The notes under the pieces: model-generated
Seen by the model: only the letters and a program-made list of their open reading frames with translations
What the model was told of the DNA's origin: nothing
The model's database searches: none
Shown here: positions 1-10,509 of the stretch, piece by piece
Layout of the letters: each line of letters opens with the position of its first letter
Numbering within the stretch: the first letter of the stretch is position 1
Source of the DNA: an uncultured Chloroflexia bacterium
GTDB lineage: Bacteria; Chloroflexota; Anaerolineae; JAAYZQ01
Reading direction: 5' to 3'
Assembly: GCA_963700285.1 (NCBI GenBank)
Contig: CAVOXA010000010.1
Span: forward strand, 768,001-832,000
DNA length: 64,000 bases
Translations under genes and position numbers: made by a program

Positions 1-2781
1 GGCGGGTAGATCGAACATCGTGTACTGTTGCACAGCACCGTGAGCTTGCTGGCTGATGCTTATCATCCGATCCATGATGGCCAACAACTGAGCCCGGGTG
101 CCAAAGGCGCCGAGAGCGCCAGCCTTAATGAGGCATTCCAAGGCCCGGCGGTTCACCTGCCGAAGGTCTATACGCTGGCAGAAATCATCGATGTTTGCAA
201 AGGGCTCGCCAGCAGATCGCGCCGCGAGGATGGCCTCCACAGGTCCCTGCCCCACGTTCTTGATGGCTGCCAGACCGTAGCGAATGGCTGGCCCGCCAGC
301 CCCTTTCTCTTGATCCTTTCGCACATCAGCATCTTCGATCGTGAAATCGAGTCCGCTATGGTTCACGTCAGGGGGCAGAACCTCTATGCCCAGGCGGCGC
401 GCTTCAGCGATGAGCAGGCCGACCTTCTCGGTATTCCCTCGTTCCACGGTCAGGAGGGCGGTCATATACTCGACAGGGAAATGCGCCTTCAGGTAGGCTG
501 TCTGGACAGTGATGATGGCATAGTCGGCGGCATGGGCCTTGTTGAAGCCATAGCGAGCAAAGTACTCGAAGGCGTCAAAGATTTGGTTGGCAGACGATTC
601 GTCCATCCCGCTGTGTTCACTAGCACCCTGGACAAAGCTCTCACGATGCCGGACCAGTTGCTCCAATATCTTTTTGCCCACGGCCTTCCTGACCAGATCG
701 GCGTCCCCCGGGCTATAGCCCGCGATATCGGTCAGGATACGGATGATCTGCTCCTGATAGACACAGATACCGTAAGTTTCGCCGAGGATCGGCTCTAGGG
801 CTGGATGCACGTACTCTGGTTGTTTTTTACCATGCATGCCAGCGATATAATCATCGATGAACTCCATGGGACCGGGCCGGTACAGCGCCAGTACGGCCAC
901 AATGTGGTCGAACTGCGTAGGCCTCATCGAGGTCAGCACGCGACGCATGCCCCCTGATTCGACCTGGAAGATGCCTGCCACCTCACCGCTGGAAAGCAAC
1001 CGGTAAGTCTCGGGGTCATCGAGAGGGATATTGCCCTGAGTAAAGACGATCCCATGGCGCTCTTTGATCAGATCCACAGCCTTGCGCAGGACGGTAAGGG
1101 TACTCAAACCTAGAAAATCGACCTTGAGCAGTCCTGTATCCTCCAGGACATCCATGGTGTACTGGGTCACCGGCAGGCCATCTTCGGATCCCCGCGTCGC
1201 GCGGTGCAAAGGGGTATACTCTACCAAGGGCAGATCGGTTACAACGACGCCGGCGGCATGCGTACTCGCGTGGCGGGAAACCCCTTCTACGACCTTGGCA
1301 GTATCGATCAACTGGCGCACATAGTCGATGCCCTCGTACATCTGGCGCAGCTCGGCCACTCCACTCAGGGCGTCATCTAGCTTGGCTCCCGGGCCACCAG
1401 GGACCAGGCGAGCCACTTTGTCCACCTCTCCCAAGGGGATATCCAGTGCCCGACCTACGTCTCGGATGGCGGCCTTGGGCCCCAGCGTCCCGAAGGTAAT
1501 GATCTGGGCCACTTTGTCAGCGCCGTACTTGCGCATGGTGTACTGGATCATCTCATCCCGACGGTCGTCCGGATAGTCCAGGTCAATATCCGGCATGGTG
1601 ACCCGGCCCGGGTTTAGAAAACGCTCAAATATCAAATCCTGGGCCAAGGGATCCAAATTGGTAATGCCCAGCCCATAGGCCACAATGCTTCCGGCTGCCG
1701 ATCCGCGGACATTCCACCACATATCCTGCTGCCTGGAAAACTCGCACAGATCCCAGACGATCAGGAAATAGACATCAAAGCCCATGCGGTGGATGATCTC
1801 CAATTCATAGTCCATGCGGCTTTGGACCTGCTCGGAATCAAAGGCGTCACCATAAAGCGTGCGCAGGCCAGACTCGGTCAAATGGCGCAAATAGGTCTCT
1901 GGCGTGTAGCCCACCGGGATATCCAGTTCCGGAAGATGAAAACCAGTCGGGTCGAGATTAACGTTGCATCGCTCGGCAATCAACAGGGTATTCTGCAATG
2001 CGTCAGGCAGACCCGGGAACAGACCGGCCATCTCCTCCAAGGGTCGCAAATAATAGCTGTCGTTGTTCATCCGCATCCGCGACGGATCGGTCATCGTCTT
2101 GCCCGTCTGGATGGAGAGCAACACCTCGTGGGCATAGGCTTGCTCCCGCCTGGCATAGTGCGCATCGTTGGTGGCAACCAGGGGGATCCCAGTCTCCCGA
2201 CTAAGGTCCACGAGCGCCCGATTGACCGGCTCCATCTCGGGGATGTCGTGCTCCTGAAGCTCCAGAAAGTAACTCTCGGGACCAAAAACGTCACGATACC
2301 ATTCGGCCGCCTTGCGAGCACGCTGGGGCCGATTCTGCTGGAGCAAGCGCGGGACCTCACCGGAGCCGCAGGAGGAGAGGGCAATGAGGCCCTCGGCATG
2401 ATCGGCCAGGAACTCTTTGTCCACTCGGGGTTTGTAGTAGAAACCCTCGAGTTGGGCCGTCGTCGCGATCTGCATCAGATTGTGATAGCCGGTCTGGTTC
2501 TCTGCCAGCAGCACCAGGTGCGTGGACTTGGCATCGCGTTTGACATCCTTCTGTGCCATGCGCCGGGGAGATATATAGATCTCGCAGCCCACTATCGGCT
2601 TGATGCCTGCTTTTTTGGCCGCGTGGTAGAAAGCCAGGATGCCGAACATGACGCCGTGATCGGTCAATGCCAGGGCCGGCATCCCCATCTCGGCCGCTGC
2701 CTGGGCGAGCGCGTCTACCTTGCTCAGCCCGTCGAGCAACGAGTAATCACTATGTACGTGCAAGTGAACGAAATCAGCCAT
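1..2781 (-). CDS. dnaE: DNA polymerase III alpha subunit (3' end runs off the window)
   Basis: The minus strand from 2781 reads MADFVHLHVHSDYSLLDG (PHP domain), then FERFLNPGRVTMPDIDLD (catalytic Asp motif) and FARYGFNKAH. It is absent from the ORF track because there is no stop in the window. Confidence 0.97.
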   Translation of the reverse strand, partial: MADFVHLHVHSDYSLLDGLSKVDALAQAAAEMGMPALALTDHGVMFGILAFYHAAKKAGIKPIVGCEIYISPRRMAQKDVKRDAKSTHLVLLAENQTGYHNLMQIATTAQLEGFYYKPRVDKEFLADHAEGLIALSSCGSGEVPRLLQQNRPQRARKAAEWYRDVFGPESYFLELQEHDIPEMEPVNRALVDLSRETGIPLVATNDAHYARREQAYAHEVLLSIQTGKTMTDPSRMRMNNDSYYLRPLEEMAGLFPGLPDALQNTLLIAERCNVNLDPTGFHLPELDIPVGYTPETYLRHLTESGLRTLYGDAFDSEQVQSRMDYELEIIHRMGFDVYFLIVWDLCEFSRQQDMWWNVRGSAAGSIVAYGLGITNLDPLAQDLIFERFLNPGRVTMPDIDLDYPDDRRDEMIQYTMRKYGADKVAQIITFGTLGPKAAIRDVGRALDIPLGEVDKVARLVPGGPGAKLDDALSGVAELRQMYEGIDYVRQLIDTAKVVEGVSRHASTHAAGVVVTDLPLVEYTPLHRATRGSEDGLPVTQYTMDVLEDTGLLKVDFLGLSTLTVLRKAVDLIKERHGIVFTQGNIPLDDPETYRLLSSGEVAGIFQVESGGMRRVLTSMRPTQFDHIVAVLALYRPGPMEFIDDYIAGMHGKKQPEYVHPALEPILGETYGICVYQEQIIRILTDIAGYSPGDADLVRKAVGKKILEQLVRHRESFVQGASEHSGMDESSANQIFDAFEYFARYGFNKAHAADYAIITVQTAYLKAHFPVEYMTALLTVERGNTEKVGLLIAEARRLGIEVLPPDVNHSGLDFTIEDADVRKDQEKGAGGPAIRYGLAAIKNVGQGPVEAILAARSAGEPFANIDDFCQRIDLRQVNRRALECLIKAGALGAFGTRAQLLAIMDRMISISQQAHGAVQQYTMFDLPA

Positions 2782-2913
2782 CGTGCTCTGTCCTGAGAGT
2801 CTAGAAGCATTGCCGGTAGACCAAAGTACCCGCTTCAATACCTTTGTTCCTGGCGTTCCTGCGCAAATCGGGGCGCTGAGTCGCCCGCTAAGAACCTTCG
2901 TTGCAGTTCATTG

Positions 2914-2922
2914 ATTATACCA
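2914..2922 (-). promoter_or_regulatory. Extended -10 element (TGGTATAAT) upstream of dnaE
   Basis: Plus-strand attatacca reads TGGTATAAT on the minus strand, about 130 bp upstream of the dnaE start. Confidence 0.5.
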
Positions 2923-3054
2923 CATCCCCCTGCATTCGTGAAGAGGGTATGACTGCCGCGAAAGTGATTTTAATCTAGAAATCAACCAGTTTCTGTCGAT
3001 CTATGCCGGTCTATGACAGAGTTCTGATCGAGGTACAATCGGGCCAATCTGCTA

Positions 3055-4134
3055 TTAGTCTTGGGCAACCAGCTCTATCTCAAACATCTTGGGCCACAGC
3101 TTGCCCGTGACAAACAACCGGTCATTCTCCTCGTCGTAGGCAATACCGTTGAGGACATCAACCGGTTGGCTGAGGTCTTCGGGGCTCAGCAAGCCAGCAA
3201 GATCTATCACGCCTGTCACTTCACCGGTCTTGGGATCGATCCGGACCACCACATTCGTTTTCCAGACATTGGCATAAACCTCTCCTTGAACGTACTCGAG
3301 CTCGTTCAAGGCCCTCACCGGTTCTCCAAGATAGGTGACCTGCACCTGGCCGGTCTCCTGCTGGCTCTCGGGATCCAGAAAATACAGGGTTGACGTACCA
3401 TCGCTCATCATCAGGTTCTGTTCATCGTGTGTCAGGCCCCAGCCCTGAGTGGGGTAGTGAAAGCTGCCGAGAAGCTCAAGGCTGGCCCTGTCATAGATGA
3501 AGCCGATGTTCGACTGCCAGGTCAACTGGTATATGCGGTCACCAACCACCGCAATCCCCTCGCCAAAGAACTGTTCTGGGAGTGCCCGCAGTTTCTGGAC
3601 CTGCCCGGACTCTAGGTCAACTTGGCGCAGCGTAGAATATCCACGACGCCCTGTCCCTTCATACAGTACGCCGTCCACGAAGGCCAGGCCCTGGGTAAAA
3701 GCATCGCGATCGTGGGGGTAGGTGTTGACAACCCGGTACGTGTAGATCGGAACCAACTCTTGCCCCGACGGATCTTTCGCCTGGTCCGGAGTTGGGGGCG
3801 GTGTGAAAGTCGGCGTCAGCGAAGGTAAACTTGTTGGAGATGGAGACGGCATGCTGCTCGGCGTTAGCGAAGGTAAACTTGTTGGGGATGGAGACGGTAT
3901 GCTGCTCGGCGTCAGCGAAGGTACGCTGGTTAGGGTTAAAGACGGTGTCCCGCTGGGAGTCGAAGACGACACAGCGCCGGGGCTGGCAGCCAATGTACGG
4001 CTTGGGATTGGGGAAGGCGTCTCGATTATGCCAGGTTGAGCCCCTGCCAAGGGGGCCGTGGCGCACGAACAGACAAAAGCTAGCATCAGCAGTGTCAGGA
4101 GAGCTGCGGTGCAACGTCTGAAACAGAACCTCAT
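3055..4134 (-). CDS. Glutaminyl-peptide cyclotransferase (beta-propeller type), exported/lipoprotein, with Pro/Ser/Thr linker
   Basis: Motifs YPHDRDAFTQGL, FFGEG, LTWQS, QGWGLT, NELEY, VLNGIA and VTGKLWP. Signal/lipobox-like N-terminus. Confidence 0.92.
   Translation of the reverse strand: MRFCFRRCTAALLTLLMLAFVCSCATAPLAGAQPGIIETPSPIPSRTLAASPGAVSSSTPSGTPSLTLTSVPSLTPSSIPSPSPTSLPSLTPSSMPSPSPTSLPSLTPTFTPPPTPDQAKDPSGQELVPIYTYRVVNTYPHDRDAFTQGLAFVDGVLYEGTGRRGYSTLRQVDLESGQVQKLRALPEQFFGEGIAVVGDRIYQLTWQSNIGFIYDRASLELLGSFHYPTQGWGLTHDEQNLMMSDGTSTLYFLDPESQQETGQVQVTYLGEPVRALNELEYVQGEVYANVWKTNVVVRIDPKTGEVTGVIDLAGLLSPEDLSQPVDVLNGIAYDEENDRLFVTGKLWPKMFEIELVAQD
3810..3923. repeat. 48-bp in-frame tandem repeat (about 2.4 copies) encoding the PSLTPSSxPSPSPTSL linker
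   Basis: tcggcgtcagcgaaggtaaacttgttggagatggagacggcatgctgc recurs at 3810 and 3858, with a partial copy at 3906. Confidence 0.9.
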
Positions 4135-4505
4135 CGAATCACCATATGATAGCCGAGCCTATCCCAACGGAGATCCACTCCTCGTACCTAACGCCAGAAC
4201 TGCGAACAATGCCGCCATTATATCTGCAAAAGGTCGCTGTGTCACCTCGCAGAGATGCTCCTGCAACAGTTCTCGGTATGAGGTCAGATCTTTTGGGTCT
4301 CAGCCCATCCAGCAAGCCCCGATCGACCAGAGCCAAAGCATGGCGTATTTCCTGCCCCATCGGAGGATGCGTCCAAAGTTGACGGATGAAGCAGGATCAG
4401 GTATCATCAAGCTTCGATCAGCAGCCCTCAGGGCGAAGCCTTGCCTGTGTCATACCAAACCATGAGGAGACTGGAAAGCCAAACGCGCGCGTTCTCGAGT
4501 CACCA

Positions 4506-5402
4506 ATGATCCAATTCCTGTACACGAACATCTATGGTCTGCTAAGAACCTTTCGTCCCCGGCAGTGGATAAAAAACGGGCTGGTCTTCATGGCCTTGCT
4601 TTTTGACCAGAAGCTGACCGACTGGCCCCTCCTGCTCAGAACAACGCTGGCTTTCATCCTATTCTGCATGGTGTCCAGCACCGTATACATCATCAACGAC
4701 CTGGTCGACATCGAAAAAGACAAGGTGCATCCCAAGAAAAAGAACCGGGCGCTGCCAAAGGGCCAGTTGAAGCCCTGGTTCGCCATTCTAGCGGCGGTAG
4801 GCCTCCTGGCCGTCAGCTTACCGGTGTCCTTCTGGCTGGATCCCTTCTTTGGCCTCATCATCATCACCTACTTGTTGCTGAACCTGGCCTATTCCTTCTT
4901 CCTCAAGAACGTGGTCATCGTCGACGTGATGGTCCTCTCCTCCTTCTTTGTCCTGCGCGTAGCAGCTGGCGTGATTGTGGCCGAGGCCGAGCGCTTTTCG
5001 CCGTGGCTATACGTCTGTACTATCTTTCTGGCCCTCTTTTTGGCCATCGGCAAGCGACGCCACGAGCTCGTCTTCTTGGCCGAACATGCGAACAGCCACC
5101 GCAAGAGCCTGAACGACTATACTCTGCCTCTGCTGGACAGCATGATTCAGGTCGTCACAACCAGCGCCATCATTGCCTATTCGCTCTATACCTTTTCGGC
5201 CGAGAATCTACCTGCGAATAACTCCATGATGCTCACCATTCCCTTTGTCATCTACTTTGTCTTCCGCTATCAGTTCCTGGTCCACGTCAGAGGGGAGGGT
5301 GGCGCGCCCGAGATGTTGCTCTATACCGACCGGCCACTCCTGCTGGACGTCGTCCTGTGGGGCCTCGCCGTCGTCCTCGTCTTGTACGTCTTTAATCCTT
5401 GA
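4506..5402 (+). CDS. UbiA-family prenyltransferase (decaprenyl-phosphate phosphoribosyltransferase-like)
   Basis: RPRQWIKN, YIINDLVDIEKDKVHPKKKNR and KRRHEL motifs, with multiple TM helices. Start chosen at ATG 4506. Confidence 0.9.
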   Translation: MIQFLYTNIYGLLRTFRPRQWIKNGLVFMALLFDQKLTDWPLLLRTTLAFILFCMVSSTVYIINDLVDIEKDKVHPKKKNRALPKGQLKPWFAILAAVGLLAVSLPVSFWLDPFFGLIIITYLLLNLAYSFFLKNVVIVDVMVLSSFFVLRVAAGVIVAEAERFSPWLYVCTIFLALFLAIGKRRHELVFLAEHANSHRKSLNDYTLPLLDSMIQVVTTSAIIAYSLYTFSAENLPANNSMMLTIPFVIYFVFRYQFLVHVRGEGGAPEMLLYTDRPLLLDVVLWGLAVVLVLYVFNP

Positions 5403-5551
5403 TCGGGTGCTGCCAGTAGGTTTGAGGTTCAGAAACGGAGCAGAGATCTGGGGGGTCGATCTGCGAGGGATACTACTACTCTGCTATGATAAAGACCTAC
5501 GGGGCTGCGAACCAAAGGATCCGCAGCCCCGTAGGTCTTTGCCTGTCGCGA

Positions 5552-6727
5552 CTAGCGGCTTTTCTTGATTACCGCGAGCAAATCACTGCCAAACTCCTCC
5601 ACCTGCCAGGGCGCCAGCAAGCCATCGCTGGCCAGGTCAGCGGGCGTGCTTGGGTTGTTCATCGCCACCGACCACAAAGCCTGGTTGGTCAGGACAATAT
5701 CGGGCTCGACGCCCCGGGTTGAGGCTGTCGTGTTGCGCCAGGTACGCAGCGCATCAAAACGGGCCTGGGAGGCTGCGGAGGGCCGTCCCCCTGAGCCCCC
5801 GTTGGATCCGTTGACCGGGCGCGGCCGCTCACTCCAGGCAAGAGATTCCGCGCTCCCCCGGCGGATGGCGGCCAGCATTCCCCCCCCGTACTTGCGGACC
5901 ATGCGCTGAGAGACGCCCTTGATCTCTACCAATTCCTTCGAATCCTGAGGTTGTCGCTCGCTCAATTCTACCATCGTTCTGTTGGAAAAGACCTTAAAGG
6001 GCGGGCGATTTTCGGACCGGGCCCGATCTTCGCGGTAGAGATAGAGCTGGCGGAGGACGCCTCTGCCCGCGTCGTCCAGGTTCCTCACCCCTGGCAATCG
6101 CCAGAAGCCATCTGGATCAAAGTCCTTCTGTTCCCTGCGGGCCTTGGTCAATTTTTGGAAGCGGTACTGGGCCTGGGGCCACCTCCCGCTGCTCTCAATC
6201 TCCTGGGCCTGGATGTCGTGCAGCGCGAGCAGATAGTGCGTGTCTAGGCGCGCATAGTCCAGTTGCTCTGGTGGAAGGGGACGACGACCCCAATCGGCCC
6301 GCTGATACTTTTTGTTTAGGCTTACCCCAAAGTGGTCCTTCAGTAGGGCTGCCAGACCATGAGCCGGCCAGCCCAGAATGCGGCTGGCCCACATGGTATC
6401 AAAGAGGTTCTTCAGTGTGAACCCATAGTCCCGTTGCAGGACGCTCAGGTCGTACTCAGCGCCGTGGAGGACCTTGAGTACCTGTCGATCAGCGAGTACC
6501 GGTCCGAGGCCAGAGAGATCGGCCAAGGCCAGCGGATCGACCAGGTAGTCGTTTCCCGGTACCGAGACCTGGATCAAACACACTTGTTCCTGATAAGCAT
6601 ACAAGCTGTTCGATTCAGTATCTACCGCGAGCGCCGGCTCTCCCCGAAGGCGGGCCAACATCGTACGAAAACCTGCTGGCGAATCGACCCAGATAGGCGG
6701 CGCCAAACCTTGTACCTGATTCATCAT
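5552..6727 (-). CDS. rnd: Ribonuclease D-like 3'-5' exonuclease with two HRDC domains
   Basis: DEDD motifs AVDTES, HGAEYD, FDT, ADW..RPL and YARLD. HRDC-like C-terminal segments. Confidence 0.88.
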   Translation of the reverse strand: MMNQVQGLAPPIWVDSPAGFRTMLARLRGEPALAVDTESNSLYAYQEQVCLIQVSVPGNDYLVDPLALADLSGLGPVLADRQVLKVLHGAEYDLSVLQRDYGFTLKNLFDTMWASRILGWPAHGLAALLKDHFGVSLNKKYQRADWGRRPLPPEQLDYARLDTHYLLALHDIQAQEIESSGRWPQAQYRFQKLTKARREQKDFDPDGFWRLPGVRNLDDAGRGVLRQLYLYREDRARSENRPPFKVFSNRTMVELSERQPQDSKELVEIKGVSQRMVRKYGGGMLAAIRRGSAESLAWSERPRPVNGSNGGSGGRPSAASQARFDALRTWRNTTASTRGVEPDIVLTNQALWSVAMNNPSTPADLASDGLLAPWQVEEFGSDLLAVIKKSR

Positions 6728-6762
6728 GAGTAGATTCTACCAAGGAATGGCCAAATGGGCAA

Positions 6763-7863
6763 GAAGCCGGCCTGCTCGGTCCCGAGGCCTGGAGCCAGGC
6801 CCAGGTCTGTCCGGACGGCATGCTCCTCCATGCCGCTTCCCGGATGCGCTGTGCTTCCGTGCAGGAGAGCTGTTACCAACCTACGAGCCCCGACAACCCG
6901 CGCCCTTGCCCGGCCAAGGAGAAAGAGCGCCGGGGCTGTAATTGTGACACCTTGGCCTGTGTCGATGCCTGCCGCCACGCCACGCCTCGGGATGCGGAAG
7001 CTCGTTTTGTCTGGTACAGTGGCTCCAATCAAGCCAAGTCCAGTCCCAATCGGTCCACCGATCCCGCGAAAAAGGACAAGAAGCAAGACGGGAAACCTTG
7101 CTACGGCTATCGCAGTTTGCCTTTACTCTTGGCAGATCCCAGCCGCCGCTTCCACCTCCCTTTGCTTGCGGATTTCCTGGCTGCCAACGAGCGGGAAGAA
7201 GTTCCAGGCACAGCTCTCCTGCTGCAGTTGCCTCTTTTCTATCCTGACTTGCACCTTGATGCGGTCGCAGGTGATGCGGGCTTTGGCTACGACGTGTTCT
7301 TGCACACCATCTACACCCTTGGCGCCAAACGCGTTGTCGATCTGCGGGCCCACACCACCGACGAAAACAAGGCTGAGTGGCCTGTTCGCGGCTATGACGA
7401 CTGCGGCCGCCCCATTTGCCCCTTCGGTTACGCCTTCACCGCCAACGGCTTCGATACCAGCCGCCAACGATACAAGTGGTTCTGTGGTCAGGCTTGTCTC
7501 CACGGCACTGAGCCCCGAGTTTCCTTGGACGGGGTCATCTACCCGCCCCACGAGTGTCCTCGCCAAGCGTCTACCTCTCTCTATGGCAAAATCCTCAACC
7601 TGGGAGAACGTTTCGCCAATGGTTCCATCCGCTTGGTGCGCGACTTGCCTGTTGGCTCAACTGCCTGGAAGCGTCTCTACCATCGAGCCCGGAACGCTTC
7701 CGAAGCCCGCAATGCCACTTTCGAGCACTGGAACCTCAAGCGCTTGCCGGTGTATGGCGGACTGCGGGGCAAAGCCTTTGCCTACCTGGCTGATACCTGG
7801 GCTACCTTGACCACTCTGGCCCGTCTCGTGCGTGAGGCCACCTTCGCCACCGTAGGCGCCTGA
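6763..7863 (+). mobile_element. 5'-truncated DDE transposase (IS4/IS5-superfamily-like, family unclear)
   Basis: The frame contains CPDGML, YGYR, AGDAGF and YHRARNASEARNA. It begins abruptly next to the rnd promoter. A paralogous remnant lies at 35111-35398. Confidence 0.72.
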
Positions 7864-8230
7864 GCGCGGCCTGCCTATCACACTGTACGCCTCGTGGACG
7901 CCTCTCCACGTGGCGCGCTGCCCCCTGCTTGCTCATCGCTTGCCCCTCTTCCAGGAGCAGCTCCCCAGGCCGCAAACCCGTTCCACAGCCTTCTCTGTTG
8001 CCTTTTCAAGACCCTGGAAGGTTGTCGGAATCCTCTATCCTGGCCCGCAACTTGCTTCTGCTTCGTTTCGACCTGCCCTGGCCGGCCCTTCCCAAGCTAT
8101 CAACCCCACCCATACCCCTCAGAGCCCCATTCAAGGCACCTTCTACTTCGAATACCCGTTGGGGGTTAATGGGACGCAGAGCAGACTCAGCCGGGAGAAC
8201 ACACACACCTACCCATTTAGCCTGATGTTG

Positions 8231-8265
8231 GTCACGGACAGGGGCAACCCCTGCTTGTCCGTGAC
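8231..8265. repeat. Intergenic palindrome/hairpin
   Basis: gtcacggaca-gggg-caa-cccc-tgct-tgtccgtgac, with perfect 10-bp outer arms. Confidence 0.7.
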
Positions 8266-8652
8266 AAGTGCTATCGACAAGGGGGTATGTATGGATGTGA
8301 CACTGACCTATCACGTGTCGCTGCCAGGCCATGTGGATCCGGTGAACACTGGATCCAGAAAGGTCCAGTGTTGGAGGCTGGACCTTTCTTGTCCATGCAG
8401 ACAGAAAGTGCACCGTGGATAGCGATCTGTGCCCCCATTGTCCACAGCGGTAGCTGTCATCCAGGAATGGCTGTGCAGCGGCCTGGGCCCGGAGCTCTAC
8501 ATGTTTGACCGGCTGAGCTGCCTGGATGCCGGGGTACGCTGCGGCGGTTAGGGCCAGGCCTTCTTCAAAATCTATCCGGTACGCCTTCAAGAGGGTGGGG
8601 AAACACCAGGCTGAACATGCTCGATCAGCCAGTCAGCTAGCAGAGACCACAT

Positions 8653-8915
8653 TCACTTATTGCTTGCCTCATATTCTGTATCGATGTCCAGACGGGAGCC
8701 CCTCGCAGCTCCTACAGCAAGTTGATCACAGGTTTTGTTCTCATGGTTCCCTGTATGACCCCTCACCCGTTTGAACTCGACTTCGTGCTGCTTGCACAGA
8801 TAGACCAGTTGCTCCCCCAGATCTGAATTCTTGACCCGTTGCCCCCCGCTTAGCTGCCATCCTTTGGCTTGCCATCGTTCTGCCCATCCGTGGTTCATGC
8901 CATTTACAACATAAG
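8653..8915 (-). pseudogene. rnhA: Ribonuclease HI C-terminal remnant
   Basis: YVVNGMNHGWAERWQAKGW...VKNSDL...VRGHTGNHENKTCDQLA. The N-terminal catalytic half is missing. Confidence 0.85.
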
Positions 8916-8950
8916 TCAAATCACCAAAGAGAATAACCGAGCACCTGTAC

Positions 8951-9339
8951 TTGAGCGCCCTCTGCGCTCATCCAGGAACTGCCGAAGGAGTTGCGATTCC
9001 TGTTGGGCGACCGTCACTACAATGCGCCAAACGTACGGGAAGCTTGTGGCCAACAGGATTACCTCTTGGTTACCAGTCAGTACGGCCGTTACCCGCATAC
9101 CGACCCGGGCGTCGAGGTCCGTCGCATCTTCCACAAGCTGCGCTCGTTGGCGATCGAGAATTTCAATGAGCATTTCAAAGGTCTTTGACGGACATGGGCA
9201 GGTACCGACCAAGGGCCTGGTCAACACCCGCCGGTTTGCGCTTGGCGCTATCTTTGTCTATCAATTGGCCTTGCTCTATCGGTTCCAACATGGCCTCGAA
9301 CTCAATGTTGGCCTCAAGGCCTTCCTGAAAGCGGCCTGA
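8951..9339 (+). mobile_element. Transposase C-terminal remnant (DDE, IS4/IS5-like), frameshifted near 9181
   Basis: LLGDRHYN...RSLAIENFNEHFKG continues in another frame as FDGHGQVPTKGLVNTRRFALGAIFVYQL. Confidence 0.7.
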
Positions 9340-9360
9340 GGAACTATGACCATGCCTCAG

Positions 9361-10509
9361 CTATCTCAGCACCTTGTCAAGGGCCTGGACAAACCGGTCG
9401 ATGTCCCCCTCATCGTTATAGAGGTGCGGCGAGATCCGGATGCTATCCCGCACCGAGACAATGACATTGTCCTCGCCAAGCCTGGCCGCGATCTGCCCAG
9501 GTTCCTGTCCCGGAAAGTCCACCGCCAGGATCGAAGAACGACCGGCCTCATCCTCCGGAAGCTGAACCTGGCCGCCTCTGCTCTCGAGTTCTGACACCAG
9601 CCTGTCGACCAGCGCCAGGTTGTGGGCATAGATCCGCTCGATACCCACCGCATTCAGGTACTCCACCGCCCTGGCCAGTCCAACGGCGCAGCCATAGGCC
9701 ATGGTACTGGCCTCGAACCTTCGGGCGTTGTTAGGGAACTCGTACCGGTCAGCTCGCAGCGCCCAGATCTCCCGGTGACTGCGCCAGCCGACCATACCCG
9801 GATCCAGGGCGCGCTGCTGGGCCGGCGCCAAGTACATGATCGCTGCGCCAAAAGGACCGCACAGCCACTTGTACCCCGAGCAGACCAGTGCATCGACCCC
9901 TGCTTTTCCCACGTCCATGGGAACCTGGCCCATCGACTGCGTGGCGTCGACGGCCAGCAGGGCGCCATGCTCGTGCGCCTTACTGGCCAGCGCTGCCAGA
10001 TCGTACATCTGGCCCGTCCGATACTCGACGTGAGAGAGCGCCACTATGGCTGTCCGGTCGTCAATGAGATGGAGCAGCTCCTCCGGGTCTACAAGCCCCC
10101 GATCATCAGCTCTGGCCAGGCGTACCTCGCAACCCACATGGCGGGCGATCCGCTGCCAGGGGTAGATGGTTGAGGGAAAGGCTGCCTCCGTGCCGACGAT
10201 CACCTGATCGGGCTGGGGCAGGATGGCCCACGCCAGGGAGGACAAGAGTTCTGTGGCGCTGGAGCCGACGGCGATGTCATCGGCCCTGGCTCCCAAGAGC
10301 AGGGCCGAGGCTGCCCGCAAGTCGTCAAAGACGCCCTCCTCGGCTACCTCATCAAAGTTCAGTGTCCCGTTGTCCGCCAGATCTCGCTGCCAGGCGATGG
10401 TCGCCTCGGCCGCACCCACAGACATCAGTGCCACAGAGGCAGCATTGAGATAGGTCCATTTCTGGCTGGCCGGAAAGTCAGCCGCAGGTACCAACCTGTT
10501 CGCAGTCAC
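9361..10509 (-). CDS. Class V aminotransferase (cysteine desulfurase/selenocysteine lyase/kynureninase-like)
   Basis: YLNAAS, VDATQSMG, CSGYKWLCGP (PLP lysine) and RISPHLYN. The GTG start overlaps the PIN gene stop (GTGA). Confidence 0.9.
   Translation of the reverse strand: MTANRLVPAADFPASQKWTYLNAASVALMSVGAAEATIAWQRDLADNGTLNFDEVAEEGVFDDLRAASALLLGARADDIAVGSSATELLSSLAWAILPQPDQVIVGTEAAFPSTIYPWQRIARHVGCEVRLARADDRGLVDPEELLHLIDDRTAIVALSHVEYRTGQMYDLAALASKAHEHGALLAVDATQSMGQVPMDVGKAGVDALVCSGYKWLCGPFGAAIMYLAPAQQRALDPGMVGWRSHREIWALRADRYEFPNNARRFEASTMAYGCAVGLARAVEYLNAVGIERIYAHNLALVDRLVSELESRGGQVQLPEDEAGRSSILAVDFPGQEPGQIAARLGEDNVIVSVRDSIRISPHLYNDEGDIDRFVQALDKVLR

Noticed and set aside
1-2781. Intein in dnaE
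   Set aside because: The motifs, including YGFNKAH, are contiguous and normally spaced.
28-2796. Long plus-strand ORFs (28..798, 1789..2796) and similar long antisense ORFs elsewhere (e.g. 11177..12202, 31254..32732, 37186..38523)
   Set aside because: They are shadow ORFs opposite well-supported genes, as expected in GC-rich DNA, and carry no recognisable motifs.
8006-8590. 194-aa minus-strand ORF, possibly a PIN fragment
   Set aside because: The resemblance is only vague, and the ORF runs through a palindrome and the region downstream of the transposase remnant.
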